Positions 51,686 through 63,028 of a stretch of DNA of 64,000 nt are shown here, in pieces. The stretch comes from Fimicolochytrium jonesii (Eukaryota). The stretch's first letter is position 1. Every line of letters starts with the position of its first letter. The stretch spans positions 62,001-126,000 of the forward strand of contig NW_026515669.1 of assembly GCF_025526975.1 (NCBI RefSeq). Reading direction: 5' to 3'. A model generated the notes under the pieces. That model was not told where the DNA came from, did not search any database, and worked only from the letters and a program-made list of their open reading frames with translations. Made by a program: the position numbers and the translations under genes.

Positions 51686-51765
51686 ACCAGCGCGCCCATA
51701 GACCACAGGGCCCATCTCTATAGGTTGACGCGCTTTCCGTGTAGAGATGGCCGGTCCCTGGTGGT
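51686..51765. repeat. Fold-back duplicate of the PIG-F last intron/exon junction
   Basis: 51686-51720 is a direct copy of ~52423-52462, and 51723-51765 is a reverse-complement copy of ~52439-52480. Confidence 0.85.
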
Positions 51766-52354
51766 CGCGAACATCATCATCGGTCAAACCGTCTTTCTAT
51801 GAATGCACGCTGATGGTGTACGCCGATACCGAAGGTTACAAGGCTTCGCTCAGCCGCATGGTGTCTGCAATGACGACGATTCGAAGATCTTGAGAATTTG
51901 CGGTGAAACACTGATCGACAACGAGGAAGAAGTCTCCGACGACGATGATCCATGTCTACGATTCCTTCATTTCTTACCACGTGTCCAAGGCTTGAGGACT
52001 GCGGCTGATAGGTGTTGTAAGAGACGTCATGCGCATTCTCGTCGATCTACCGCAAATGTACAGTGTTACATACATCTTGTGTTAGAGTTACTGTACATGA
52101 TTGGGAATTCTGACTCGATTGACGGGTGAAGCCCATTTGACCAGGTTGCGCTTTTCCCAACGCTATTCCACATCAGAATGATCACACCCCATATCTTTAG
52201 GGATTCGGGTGCTGGAAGGTTTCTGGAAGACGCTCCGGCCCCTGCTGAGTGATTGGCCTGGAGCGGACAGTCCCGTGGGAGCACATATGTGCTCGATTTT
52301 CACACGCGCCATATCAGGAGTGCCAATACCATCTCGACGACGGGGGGGGGGGGT

Positions 52355-53340
52355 TCACGCCCGCCCTTCCTCTTCAGCGACATGATCGGCCGCGACCGCA
52401 ACGGCATACCCCGCCGAGCTGCCCACCAGCGCGCCGTAGACCACAGGGACCGGCCATCTCTACACGAAAAACGCGTCGACTTATTGTGCATACCATATCA
52501 TAAAGGCACAGTACGAAATGTGGTGATTCCTTACCTGCATATCAGTCTGCCAATCCAATGAAAGCGCACCGGCCCCGAGCCATGCGCCGAGGATGCCGAG
52601 GGTTAGCGGGTAGTACGCGAGGCGTTCGGTTGTAGTTTTCAGTCTGTAAACGAAGGGCACCATCAAATAAACCATCATCCATCAACCAAGGTATGCGTTC
52701 GTCGAAATGGCTGGCTAAAATGCGGGGTGAGGGGAGTCTTGCGCCTTTGGCGCAATGTGGCTCGCTGGTCCCTCGCGAAGGACGAAGCAAACCTCAAGCA
52801 TCCCTGCACCTCACTCCGCCCGCCGCAGTGCGCGGTCGCTCGCGACCCTTACCTCCCCGTAGAAGAAACCACCCTCCTCCACGCCTCCCCATCTCCTCCG
52901 ACCCCACAGCTTGCCGGAAACACCACCAACGTCGCCACAAACGCGGCCGCCAGCCACGTCTCCTCAACCAACTCAAACAAGGGTGCTCCAAACAACACCG
53001 CGAGCATCCACAGCGAGATTGTGCCGATGCATGTCCAGAGGAGGGCTTGAATGGCCTCTGTCGTCCATGATCGTGTTAGCGGTGGTTGCGTTGATGAGTT
53101 AGTCGAGCGGTGTGATTTCGGTGATGGGGTGCGATTACTGTCTCTGGAGTCGGGTTCCGACCAAATACGGAGGGTGGCGAGCAGGAGGCGGCAGGCGAGG
53201 AGGAGGAGGGTGGCTTTTAGAAGGGCGGCGTTCGGAGTGGAGGAAGAGGAGGAAGGGTCGAGGGTGATGGGCGAGAGGAGAACGGCGCCCCAGGCGGAGA
53301 AGGAGGAGAGGGCGGCTGTGAGGAGGGGAGATTGCATCAT
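52355..53340 (-). CDS. GPI11: GPI ethanolamine-phosphate transferase stabilising subunit PIG-F/Gpi11 (3 exons)
   Basis: LAVLFGAP..ELVEET and GAWLGAGALSLDWQTDMQ|RWPVPVVYG match the PIG-F GAWxGA...LDW...WP motif. Intron 52644-52852. Confidence 0.85.
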
Positions 53341-53636
53341 CTTGGGGGACGAGGCAAGAGGGAGGACGGTGGTTTATCCGGTCTGTCCTATGAGTCCTAT
53401 GAGTCCTGTGTGCTGCTCTCTGTCTTTGTGTGTTGATTGCAGTCCAAAAAAAGCAAAGGGAAAGTGAACACCTCTCGAAAGTCTCGGCGGGCGTGACGGC
53501 AGCGTTCTTTCAACTCCTCCAATTCCGCCCATCCCCATCACCCTTCGTCCTCCCCCGAAACAACACAACAACCCCTCCTTGCACCCCTCGCCACCAACTC
53601 CATCCTCCCACCCTCATCCACCCACTCACCAAAACC

Positions 53637-54478
53637 ATGTCCCACCGTAAACTCGACGTCGACCATTTCGACGACGAAGACGCCTTCATCGACGAGAACG
53701 AGACCGCACACGGCAACACCGCCATCAACGAATCCGCTCAGCTCGACGTCGATACCCGGGCCAACACCGTTAGGGACTTGCTTTCCAGGTAGAGTCGTCC
53801 GATCGTAATTCACACACACACGTCGAGGGTGATGTATGTATCTGATACGATTGCTTGGTGTAGGGGGGACACGGCCTCCGCCGTCGCCGCGGCCCTCGCT
53901 AACCCGCCTGCTGGCCGTGAAGTCCAGTCCATCAAGGACAAAAACACAACAACAGTGATGGAAGCCCTCTCCGCCGTCAAATCCGCCGACATCTTCCCGA
54001 TCGTGAAGCAGCTCGACCAGGCGCAGGTCGATGTGCTGGTCAAGTATATCTATAGGGGCATGGCGAGTCCCGAGACGTTCAATTCTGCGGTGTTGTTGGC
54101 GTGGCATGAGAAGGTGCGTGCTGGGTGGTGGGAGGGAGGGAGGGAGGGGAGGAGAAGACGATGGGGAGGATGGGGAAGAGACGGGGGGGGAGAGACAGTG
54201 TTGGGGACAGGGAGGTAATGGGGCCGAGACGGGAGGATAGACGCATTAGTTGAATGGCCGGTGTCATCCAGCATAATGCCCTCTGCGACCGAAGCACGGC
54301 ATTCGCGGTATCTAGGGAGCTGGCAACGGCCTTGACGTTCCTCCACCGCATCACGTATTTGCATTCCTTTCGTAGCTCGCGGACCTTTCTAACACGTTCC
54401 ATTTCCCGACTCTAGGCAACGGAAGTGAGCGGTCTCGGATCGATAGTACGCGTCATGACTGACCGGCGAACGGTGTGA
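53637..54478 (+). CDS. ARPC5: Arp2/3 complex subunit 5 (p16-Arc)
   Basis: MSHRKLDVD..., DVLVKYIYRGM, SAVLLAWHEK|ATEVSGLGSIVRVMTDRRTV*. Last intron 54114-54415. Confidence 0.95.
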
Positions 54479-55064
54479 AAAGAGCCTTCGATGCTAGGAA
54501 TTCCGACAGGGGGGTGGAGGGTAGCAGTGAGGAAGGTGTGGGAAGCGTGGGGATTAGCAGAACGAATGTGGTTGTTATACATGACGAGGAATGGCACGGG
54601 TGGGAAATCGAAGATCTCTCACGAACAATCTCCCCTACCACACCCCGCCTCGTATCTCTCCCTAGCGGCACACCTGTTCCGAGTCGCCTTCGGCATCCTA
54701 GAAATCCATGTAAATAACCCATGCTAAACGAAGCCAAAAAAGAGAAGAACCACCTGCACGTTCCTACCTCACACGGTTGATATGCGACGTTCAGACGTTC
54801 ATACCACGGCGATCGGAACATTAACCACCTTAGACGCCATGCGTGTAGATAAATATGTGTATTGAGTGTACAGTGTATATAAAAACCCGTCCGATGATGC
54901 ACAGGTTGCCACTCTCGCAAGCAAGCGAAGTGTTATCTCTGTGTCGGGAACCAGGAATAAGAGTCTCCTCGACCCTTAAGTCCTCGACCGCCGAGTCGCA
55001 GAGGAGGGACTCCTGGATGGGGGCCGATGGTCGCTGGGTGCTCCATCGACAAGTCCTCATCCCC

Positions 55065-56681
55065 TCACACGCTCTCCCCCCCGCCCACATCCCTCCAAAC
55101 CCCCTCCACAAACTCCACCCCGGCAAACTCCTCCCTCAACCTCCCCACCGCAACCCTCATCTCCACCCTCCCCCTCGTCTCCGCCTGCACCTTCGCCCAA
55201 AACTCGTGCGCCTCGTCCATCCGTCCCTGCTTGACCATCACCCTCAACACACTGACCCTATCCGCCGCCGTCACGGGCCACTTCCCCTCTCGGATAAGTG
55301 CGAGGATCCGCAGCGCGTTGGGGAGGTCTTCCGCGGCGATGTAGGTGTCAAAGACGATTTTGTGGGGTTTGTAGGCGGGTTTGAAGGCCGAGGCGGGGTA
55401 GAGGGCGAGTACCTTTTCGGCAAGGGCGCCGTTTTTGAGGGTGCGGAAGCCACGGAGGAGGAGGCGGAGGGTGCGTTCGGTGTATTCCACGTCTGCTTTT
55501 TTCAGGATGGTTTTGAGCTCTGTGATGGTTTCGTCGGGGGGGAGGGTGAAGATGTGTTGGGGTGTGGCGGTAGCTACGCCGCGGGCGAGGCGGTGGACGA
55601 GAGTGCGGATGGAGTGCGGGGTGTATGCTTTGGAGGCCTGCCAGGCGGCGACGGCGTCCTGTTGTGTGGCGGCTGTTTCCGCGACGTAGGCGGCGGATCG
55701 GGCGTTGGGGGGTACGTTCGCGGCCTGCATTTCTGCGACAAGTTGGGCGGCTTCTTCGGGTTTGCCGGCGCGGTTGTAGGCGTTGATAAGGATGTTGAAG
55801 AGGGGCCCGTTGAGGGGGCGTGGGTCCTGTTCTCTGCGGAAGTCGAGCCATTCGGCGAGTTTGTCGGTATCGGCTTTGGCAGCGTAGTAGCTGAGGATGT
55901 GGAAGTAAGAGTCTTTGAGGTCGATGCCGTCTTCGAGGTATCGCTCGAACGTTTGCAGCATCTCCTCTTCGTGGCCGCCGGCGGAGAGGCCAAACATGTA
56001 GGCGTTGGACGCCTTAAGAATCACGTCCCTCCTCTCCGATTTCAACTTCGCCAGGACGGCCCTCGCTTCCTCGAACTTTCCCTCGAATGCCAAACACTGG
56101 ACTCGTTTCGTCTGCACCGCCGCATCGTCCAGCTTCAGTCCGGCCCTCTTGGCAGCCTCGATCGTCTTATCCACCCCACTCAGGCTGTTCAGTCGGCCGT
56201 AGAGGTACAGGAACAGCTTATACACGCCTTCATCGGGTTTGGCCGCCGAGGCGTGGTAGTGGGTCCACAGCCGCTCGGTGACCTCCAAACGGGTTTTGTC
56301 GTCCCTGCTGGGCAGCACGGTGTTGAGTTTGACGAGCTCGAGAACGGATCGGAATGCGGGTGCGGAGAGACGGGTGACGTCGCCGTTCTGTTCAAGGATG
56401 GTGTAGAATTGATAGGCTTTGTTGGACCGGCGGCTGTCTATTAGGGACATGAACTTCTGGAAGGCTTCGGGGTCTTTGAGGGCTGATGTGCTTGTTAGAG
56501 ATGGTGGTGTTGCCGATTCTGCTACAGCATCGGCGGCGGTGGCGAACATACGGGCGGCGGCGGGCCTGATCCCTCTTGACCCGGCGGCTACTCTTAGAAC
56601 CGCCTTTGCGACGATACCGTTCGAATGGTGTCTGTTTGACCGTATCATGCTGGCGCAGATCGACACTTTGAAAGCGGCCAT
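55065..56681 (-). CDS. Pentatricopeptide-repeat protein, probably mitochondrial
   Basis: Arg/Ala-rich N-terminal presequence. PPR-type repeats such as FNILINAYNRAGKPEEAAQLVAEMQAANVPPN and VYKLFLYLYGRLN...GLKLD. Confidence 0.85.
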   Translation of the reverse strand: MAAFKVSICASMIRSNRHHSNGIVAKAVLRVAAGSRGIRPAAARMFATAADAVAESATPPSLTSTSALKDPEAFQKFMSLIDSRRSNKAYQFYTILEQNGDVTRLSAPAFRSVLELVKLNTVLPSRDDKTRLEVTERLWTHYHASAAKPDEGVYKLFLYLYGRLNSLSGVDKTIEAAKRAGLKLDDAAVQTKRVQCLAFEGKFEEARAVLAKLKSERRDVILKASNAYMFGLSAGGHEEEMLQTFERYLEDGIDLKDSYFHILSYYAAKADTDKLAEWLDFRREQDPRPLNGPLFNILINAYNRAGKPEEAAQLVAEMQAANVPPNARSAAYVAETAATQQDAVAAWQASKAYTPHSIRTLVHRLARGVATATPQHIFTLPPDETITELKTILKKADVEYTERTLRLLLRGFRTLKNGALAEKVLALYPASAFKPAYKPHKIVFDTYIAAEDLPNALRILALIREGKWPVTAADRVSVLRVMVKQGRMDEAHEFWAKVQAETRGRVEMRVAVGRLREEFAGVEFVEGVWRDVGGGESV

Positions 56682-56963
56682 TGTTGCGAGATCACTCGGG
56701 AAGACAAGGCTATTTTGTGAACGAGGCTGAAACTTGAGCGCAGGAACCGGGTAAGCGTCGGGCGTGGGGATATGTGTGCCCTGAGTCCTTGCTGCTGTGT
56801 GTGGGCTTACGTCTGAGGGTCTGCTGGCTGCGTCGGTAGATTGCCCTTCTGCCGATGCTCGTCGTCGTTGGGCTTCCTGTTGTCGCGAAGGCCAAAAAGC
56901 GACTGCTTATTAAACTGCATTTAATCAGAGCTTTCCTCCACGTGCCTTGGTTAATATAATACT

Positions 56964-57191
56964 CTTGCCCCATGTGACTCCCATTTTCACTTTTTGCAAG
57001 GTTTTTCTTTGTTAGCTTGGAAGAGCTTGGAAGAACTTGAAGCACCTTGCCCCATGTGACTCCCAGTTTCACTTTGGCAAGGGTTTTCCTTGTTAGCTTG
57101 GAAGAACTTAGATGAACTTGAAGACACCTTGCCCCATGTGACTCCCATTTTCAGGCAAGGTTAACTTGGATGAACTTGAAAACACCTTGCT
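56964..57191. repeat. 82-bp tandem minisatellite (~3 copies)
   Basis: cttgccccatgtgactccca.tttca... starts at 56964, 57046 and 57128, with a partial copy at 57186. Internal sub-repeat (a/g)cttgga(a/t)ga. Confidence 0.92.
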
Positions 57192-57483
57192 GGGGACTTG
57201 CACTTGGAACTTTGCCCAACAGAGCAACTGAAGAACACACACCATTTTGCAGTGCTCCACACAAATTTGATGCTCATATGTCCACAACCAAGGTATCCAG
57301 CGGTCTGTTCTAATTGGGATGACCACAAAAGCCTCGCACTATAAAAGGGGCAGCCGCTCCCGCCACGCTCCCTCGGGACAAGTTCCTGCAAGGCGTGTTC
57401 TCCAGTTGCCTTGGGGGATCGAACGTCCGTGCGCTTCGGACAAGTCTCGACAGGTCTCAAACAGCATTCGGCTCGCAGTGACC

Positions 57484-60150
57484 ATGTTGGCGTGCACCTA
57501 TAACTGCTCCAGGGAGGCAACCGGTTTCTGTGTCGACTGCTGCAGAGACGTCTGCGACCAGTGCATGGCAAGATGGCACACTGGCATCCGTAAAGACCAT
57601 CGGAGCATTGTCTTCCATCGCTGCCAACTCTGCAATATCTTATCAGGCCCCGCCAAGATCGCTGGCTATTACTGTCACTCCTGTCCGGCTGCCAAAGGCT
57701 GCTTTGGCGTCTATCTTTGTTCTCGATGCTGCCAAGAAGAGCACGCAGGAGTGAATCTACTTCATGGTGGCACCGAGAATCGGATACATAATGTTCTTCA
57801 TGTGCGCTTGAACGGGTATGTGCAAATCTTTCATTTCTGACTTTCTAGATCTCTGTCGTTCCTAACCTTGCGTCGTGTCAGAAACAACACCGTCCCTACA
57901 ACTCCACCGATCACCGCCTCCTCTGTCCCTATATCTGCAATCTCCGCCTCCGGTCATCATGAGCGTATACCCGCCTCCTCTGTACCTGTGCCTGCAACCA
58001 CCGCCTCCGGTCAACAGCCCCGTATACCCGTTAATCAGGCCGTTGAGCGAGCAGCCCCGGATTTCGCCACATTCCGAAATCGGATGGAAAAGCACTTTCC
58101 GCCGAAAAGAGCAATGAGTGCAGAAGTCCTTGCAATCCCTTCAACCTTCCCCGCCGTCAGGCAATCGGCTCAAGTTCCTGCAACGGCAACAACAGGCGTT
58201 CGACATGCAGCGGCCCCAGCACCTGTTCATGAATCTATAGCAGAAGCTATCGTTCCCTTTCATGGACCGACTTCCGCGACTGCTGATGTCACCCAAGCGG
58301 CCCGCATATCTGAAGCTTTCCTCGCGAGACCAGCCAGCGCAGGGCTCCCCATTCATATGCGCCAAGTCCTCTCCAATCATGTAGCTATCCTTGCGAGGCA
58401 AGCTGGCCTTAGTTACACGCCGACTCCCGCGACAACGCCCGTCAGCCAAGCTGCCTCCATTCATGTGCCTCCGATAGGGGCGGACACGAAAGCTCCCGTC
58501 ACTCATATACCTACCTCTACAACAACGCCGGTCAGCCCACCCGCACTCACTCCTTTACCCACCGCAGCAACAACGCCTGTCAGCCAACCGGTGCCCACGC
58601 ATATATCTCCTCCAGCAACAACGCCCTCCAGCCAACCGGCGCCCACTCCTGTATGTAGTTCGGCAACGGCGCCCGTCGGCACAGCTGGGCCGACTCCGAC
58701 GCCTACGACCGTCGGTGGCCAAGCTGCCGCCGCTCATATACCTGCTTCTGCAACAACGCCAGTCAGCCAAGCTGCACCCATACCTGTACCGCCAGTTGCG
58801 AAACCAGTCACCCAAGCCGCATCCATTCCTGTTTCTTTTGCGAAACCAGTCGGCCGAGCGGCCCCCATATCTGTGCCGTTCGTTGCGAAACGAGTCAGCC
58901 AAGCGGCGCCCACTCCTTTGCCTACTCCCCCGATGACGACCGTCGAAAACAAAGCTGTCCCCGCTCGTATACCAACTTCTCAGACACCGCCCGTCGGAAA
59001 TCAAGCTGTCCCCGCTGATATACCGACTTCCACAACATCGCCCGTCAGCCAAACGGGGCCCATCCATGAGGTTACTTCCCCTCCTACGCCCGTGAGTGAT
59101 CAAGCGGCTCCCGTCCATGTACGCCCCGCAACGGACACCCAAGAGTGGCGAGAATACTTTATGCGCGCGCGCGCGGGAAAAATGCACGAAAAGCAAAACG
59201 TAGTCATTGATCTCACCGAGGAGGAACCGGCTTGCGAGAAGCGTGCTAGGTCGGAAGAGGATGAAGCTCAAATGTCTTCGCCCAACAAACGAGCGCACTC
59301 CCTTCCCGCGAAATCGGACAACTGCCCGCCGCCTTTCGATCCAGAGTTTGCACGTGAAGTCGTGCGCCCTCGACTTGAGGTCGTAGTCCAAGCGCTATCA
59401 GTAGACAACCTCGACGTGGAGCTGCCGTCCTCAGAGGAGTTGAAGAAATTTTCTCGCATTCGGTACGAAGGGCCCACAGTCCACGCGAACGCTACCTTTT
59501 ATGCGAAGATGGAAAGCACTCCGTTCTACGAGAAGAAACTTGAAAATGGTGCCAACGGCGTAAGCCAGGAGATCATGGCCCTCATGCGCAAATCCTTCCA
59601 CCGCGGCGTTCGCGGCGGGACAGGGTCCGTCGACGCAGAGTGGGCCATCCGGAAAGCACAACACCTCCAGAGCAAGTTCTACATCGACGCCGCGGCCCCA
59701 GAGGAACGAGGCCTGGCCCGCCGCGTCGTCTTCTACAGCACTGCCGGACCCAGGAGACCACTCGACAGGAACCCTGACGGGGATTGGCACCAGAGTTTGG
59801 CCCTGCTCATCGAGGCGACGTTCCTCGCCAAGGTCGCTCCGTTGGTGGATCCTGGCGGTTACGTGTTTTACGGCATCGGGGACCAGGTCGATCAGGCCGC
59901 GCTCGCGTTCGAGATGGTTGTGAACAAGGTTGTTGAGCTGAGTCATGACCATAACGGGGTGCAGGACTCGTTGTCCATGGGCGAGCTCGCCAACACCTTG
60001 GGGAATGTTGGTAAGGCTGCTAGGGAGGAGATATACGGGCGGGAGTCGGAAAGAGATAAGGCGGCTCGGCTGGCGTGGGAGGAGAAGAGCTGGAGGATGG
60101 CAGATGTTGTTGCGGTTGAGAATAACTTGAATAGTGCGAGTTTAGGATAG
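57484..60150 (+). CDS. Tandem B-box-like Zn-finger protein with Pro/Thr/Ala repeats and a DUF2786-like C-terminal domain
   Basis: Exon 1 has FCVDCCRDVCDQCMARWH...KDH and CQLC...YYCHSC...LCSRCCQEEH. Intron ~57816-57881. ~19-aa TTPVSQAAP repeats. C-terminal AEWAIRKAQHLQSKF...WHQSLA...F...VFYG...AALAFE. TATAAAAG at 57340. Confidence 0.65.
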
Positions 60151-60660
60151 CCTATTAGCTTTGGAGCCCCTTTTGTGATTACCATCTTGTAGTGTACATA
60201 GCCTGAAACTATACCAATAATTCACATCATCTGCAAGAACCTCGTTGGCCAGCAGTTCGGATATGCCGGGGTCCGGGTGGGCAAAGATGGTGTTTCAGCT
60301 GCTGTGGTGTAGCGAGTTGAGTGAAGCGAAGAGGAAACAAAAGAAAGCCGTGCGCAGGGTAGCTAAGGGTAGCCTTTGCTACCCGAACATCCTTTCCAGG
60401 CCTTAGAATTTGACAGCATTTCGACTGTGACACAGCAACCGAAGAACGAACGAATGGAGCACCAGCTGATCGGAACACGGGGACAGCGCTCTACCACCGG
60501 TACTGCCCCAACCCAGTTGTATGTGTTCGCAGCGGATAAGAAGCGGGTTTGTATCCAGACGAGCGAATGACTCGCCTCTCGACTGAGCTTCCCAAGAATC
60601 TCTTGATCCCCAATAACTTCAAAGTGTACGGGTGCGTTTGGAGATCGCCACACAACAACA

Positions 60661-62763
60661 ATGTCGGCAAGGGACAACACCGGCAACGGGAGCAAGCGCA
60701 AGTGGGACTCGCCCGCTGCTGGCGGAACCGACAGCGGCAGCACAACCTCTCCCGCAAAGAGGCCCAAAACGGACACCACCAATGACGACAAGGCCGACGA
60801 AGCAGCACGGCAGGCCGCCGAGTTCAAACGCATCCAGGCCCAAGTCGCTGCGAGGATGGCCTCTCTCACCAAATCCGGCCTGCTTCCCGCCACAGCCGCC
60901 GCACCGAAACCCAGTAATGCCACCCCACCGCCAGCAGCAAGCGCGACCGTCGGCGGGATCAATATCTCGGAGATCAGTGCGCGGATCGCCCGGCAGAAGG
61001 AGCAGCTGCTACTCCAGCAGCAGCAGCAACAACAACAAGCAGCTGCATCCTCTTCATCCCCAGCCAATGTCGACCGCGCAAAACGGGGATTGAAGATGGA
61101 ATACCACCCCTCCCTCGTCTTCGACACCACCGGCCAGCTCAACATCCGCGGCGGCGCAAAAGCCGCCCTGATGCCCAAAGCCGATTTCGCAACAGTCCGC
61201 GCCAACCAGCGGTCAGGGACACCAGGAACAGCGGGCGGTGCGAGTCCAGGGATACCTGTGCTAGGCAAAGACGGCTTCACAACCCTCGGCCCCCCCTCCA
61301 TAAACCTCCTACCCAAAAAGGAGATGAAGATAGAGACCGCCTCTCCCGATTTCGCCGACCCGACCAAGAACCCTTACTTCGATCCTAACCTGGCCGCCAA
61401 AGCGGCAGCGGGCCCGAGGGAACGCGCGAGGAAGGGGTTTCGGTTCGTGCAGCAGGGGAGGTTTATTAATGAGGCGAATCAGTTGAGGAGCAAGGCGCAG
61501 TTGGAGAAGTTGAAGAGGGATATTGCGGAGAGTGTGAAGAAGACGGGGATGGCGGTGGAGATGGAGCTGGTTGCTGATCAGTCAATGAGGGTATGTAGCG
61601 GCGAGCAGAGCGAGTTCCGCGCCGCAGGCTCAATTCTAGCGAGCGAAGCGAGCAGTGAATGTGAGCGACCGCGAACGGTCGTTTTTATTTTACAGGCATT
61701 GTGATTGATCGTGGTTGATGGTTGATGGATCATGGTTGACAGGTCGATGCGCAGATGATGGTTGATGATGTGGTTGATGGGTTGCGTGATCGCCAAAACT
61801 CATATTTCTATTCCCTCCCCTCTCCAACAGACCGAACCCCCACCTCCCGTCGAATGGTGGGACGCCCCCCTCGCCCCCGACGGCTACGCCAACTTCAACC
61901 CTGGGCCCCTCTCCACCACCCCCATCCCACCCACCAACCTCCCCCTCCTCACCGCTCTAGTCCAACACCCGATCCCCATCCAACCCCCCGCCGAATCCAG
62001 CGACCCGAAACCCAAACCCCTAATGCTCACAAAAAAAGAAACAAAGAAACTCCGCCGCCAACGCCGCATGGAGCTGCAAAAAGAGAAACGCGAGAAGATC
62101 CGGTTGGGACTGCTGCCACCGGAACAATCCAAAGTCAAAATCTCCAATTTCATGCGCGTCCTCGGCACCGAAGCCGTGCAAGACCCGACGCAAATCGAAG
62201 CCACCGTCCGCGCGCAAATGGCCGCGCGCAAGCAAAAAGACCGGGACCTCGTCGCCGCCAACAAACTCACCGACGCCCAACGCAAGGACAAGAAACGCCG
62301 TAAACTGGATGAGAGCGAGGTGACCGATACGCTTCTCCACGTCGCGGTGTTTCGGATCAACGATCTGAGCCACCCGCAACATAAATTCAAGGTGGATATG
62401 AACGCGCAGCAGCATAACCTCACCGGATGCGCGATCCTCCATGCGGGGTCCAACCTGGTGGTTGTCGAGGGCGGGCCGAAGGGTATCAAAGCGTACAAGA
62501 AACTCATGCTGAAACGAATCGATTGGGTGAACACCGCCCCACCCGCTGGAGAGTCCTCATCGGCACCGCAAGAAGACGATACGCAAGATAAACCGCCGAA
62601 TGAGTGTATTCTGGTGTGGGAGGGGCAGGTGAAGGAACGGAATTTCAAGGGGTTTAGGTTTAGGCCGTTGCCGACGGAGAGGGGGGTGAGGGAGTATTTG
62701 GAGAAGTGCAGGTGTGTGCATTATTGGGATGCGGCGCGGAATTGGGTTAAGGAGGGGTTTTAG
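60661..62763 (+). CDS. PRP3: U4/U6 snRNP protein Prp3
   Basis: NPYFDP, FRFVQQGRF, EPPPPVEWWD, LTKKETKKLRRQRR..KIRLGL, NFMRVLG.EAVQDPT, FKVDMNAQQ..LTG, VVVEGG, LVWEG. Intron 61591-61830. Confidence 0.96.
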
Positions 62764-63028
62764 CAAGGGGGGCGTGGGGAGAGTTGGGGCAATTGTGATG
62801 TGGAATGTGGATGGGGGACGGGAGATGAATGTGGTATACCCCTTCTCGATGCTCCCAAGCGCTCGCTTCAAACCCTGGTCTTCCATTCATGAAGTTCACA
62901 AACCAAAGAAATGTAAACACCCACACAGCTATCTACGTCTACCCAAACGAACACCTACATATATGCGCTTTGATACGAGCGCATGGATTTCATCCGCCCA
63001 TATTCTCCCAATTCACAATCTCTCCATC

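Noticed and set aside
50125..52129. Fragmentary plus-strand ORFs between tRNA-Gly and PIG-F
   Set aside because: Frames are broken and no family is identifiable by eye.
54855..56444. 529-aa plus-strand ORF
   Set aside because: Antisense shadow of the PPR gene. The same applies to the long antisense ORFs over the ABC, LEA-like and PRP3 genes.
56964..57191. Repeat array considered as a possible CRISPR-like array
   Set aside because: The sequences between the conserved cores are homologous to each other rather than unique spacers, the context is eukaryotic, and no cas genes are present.
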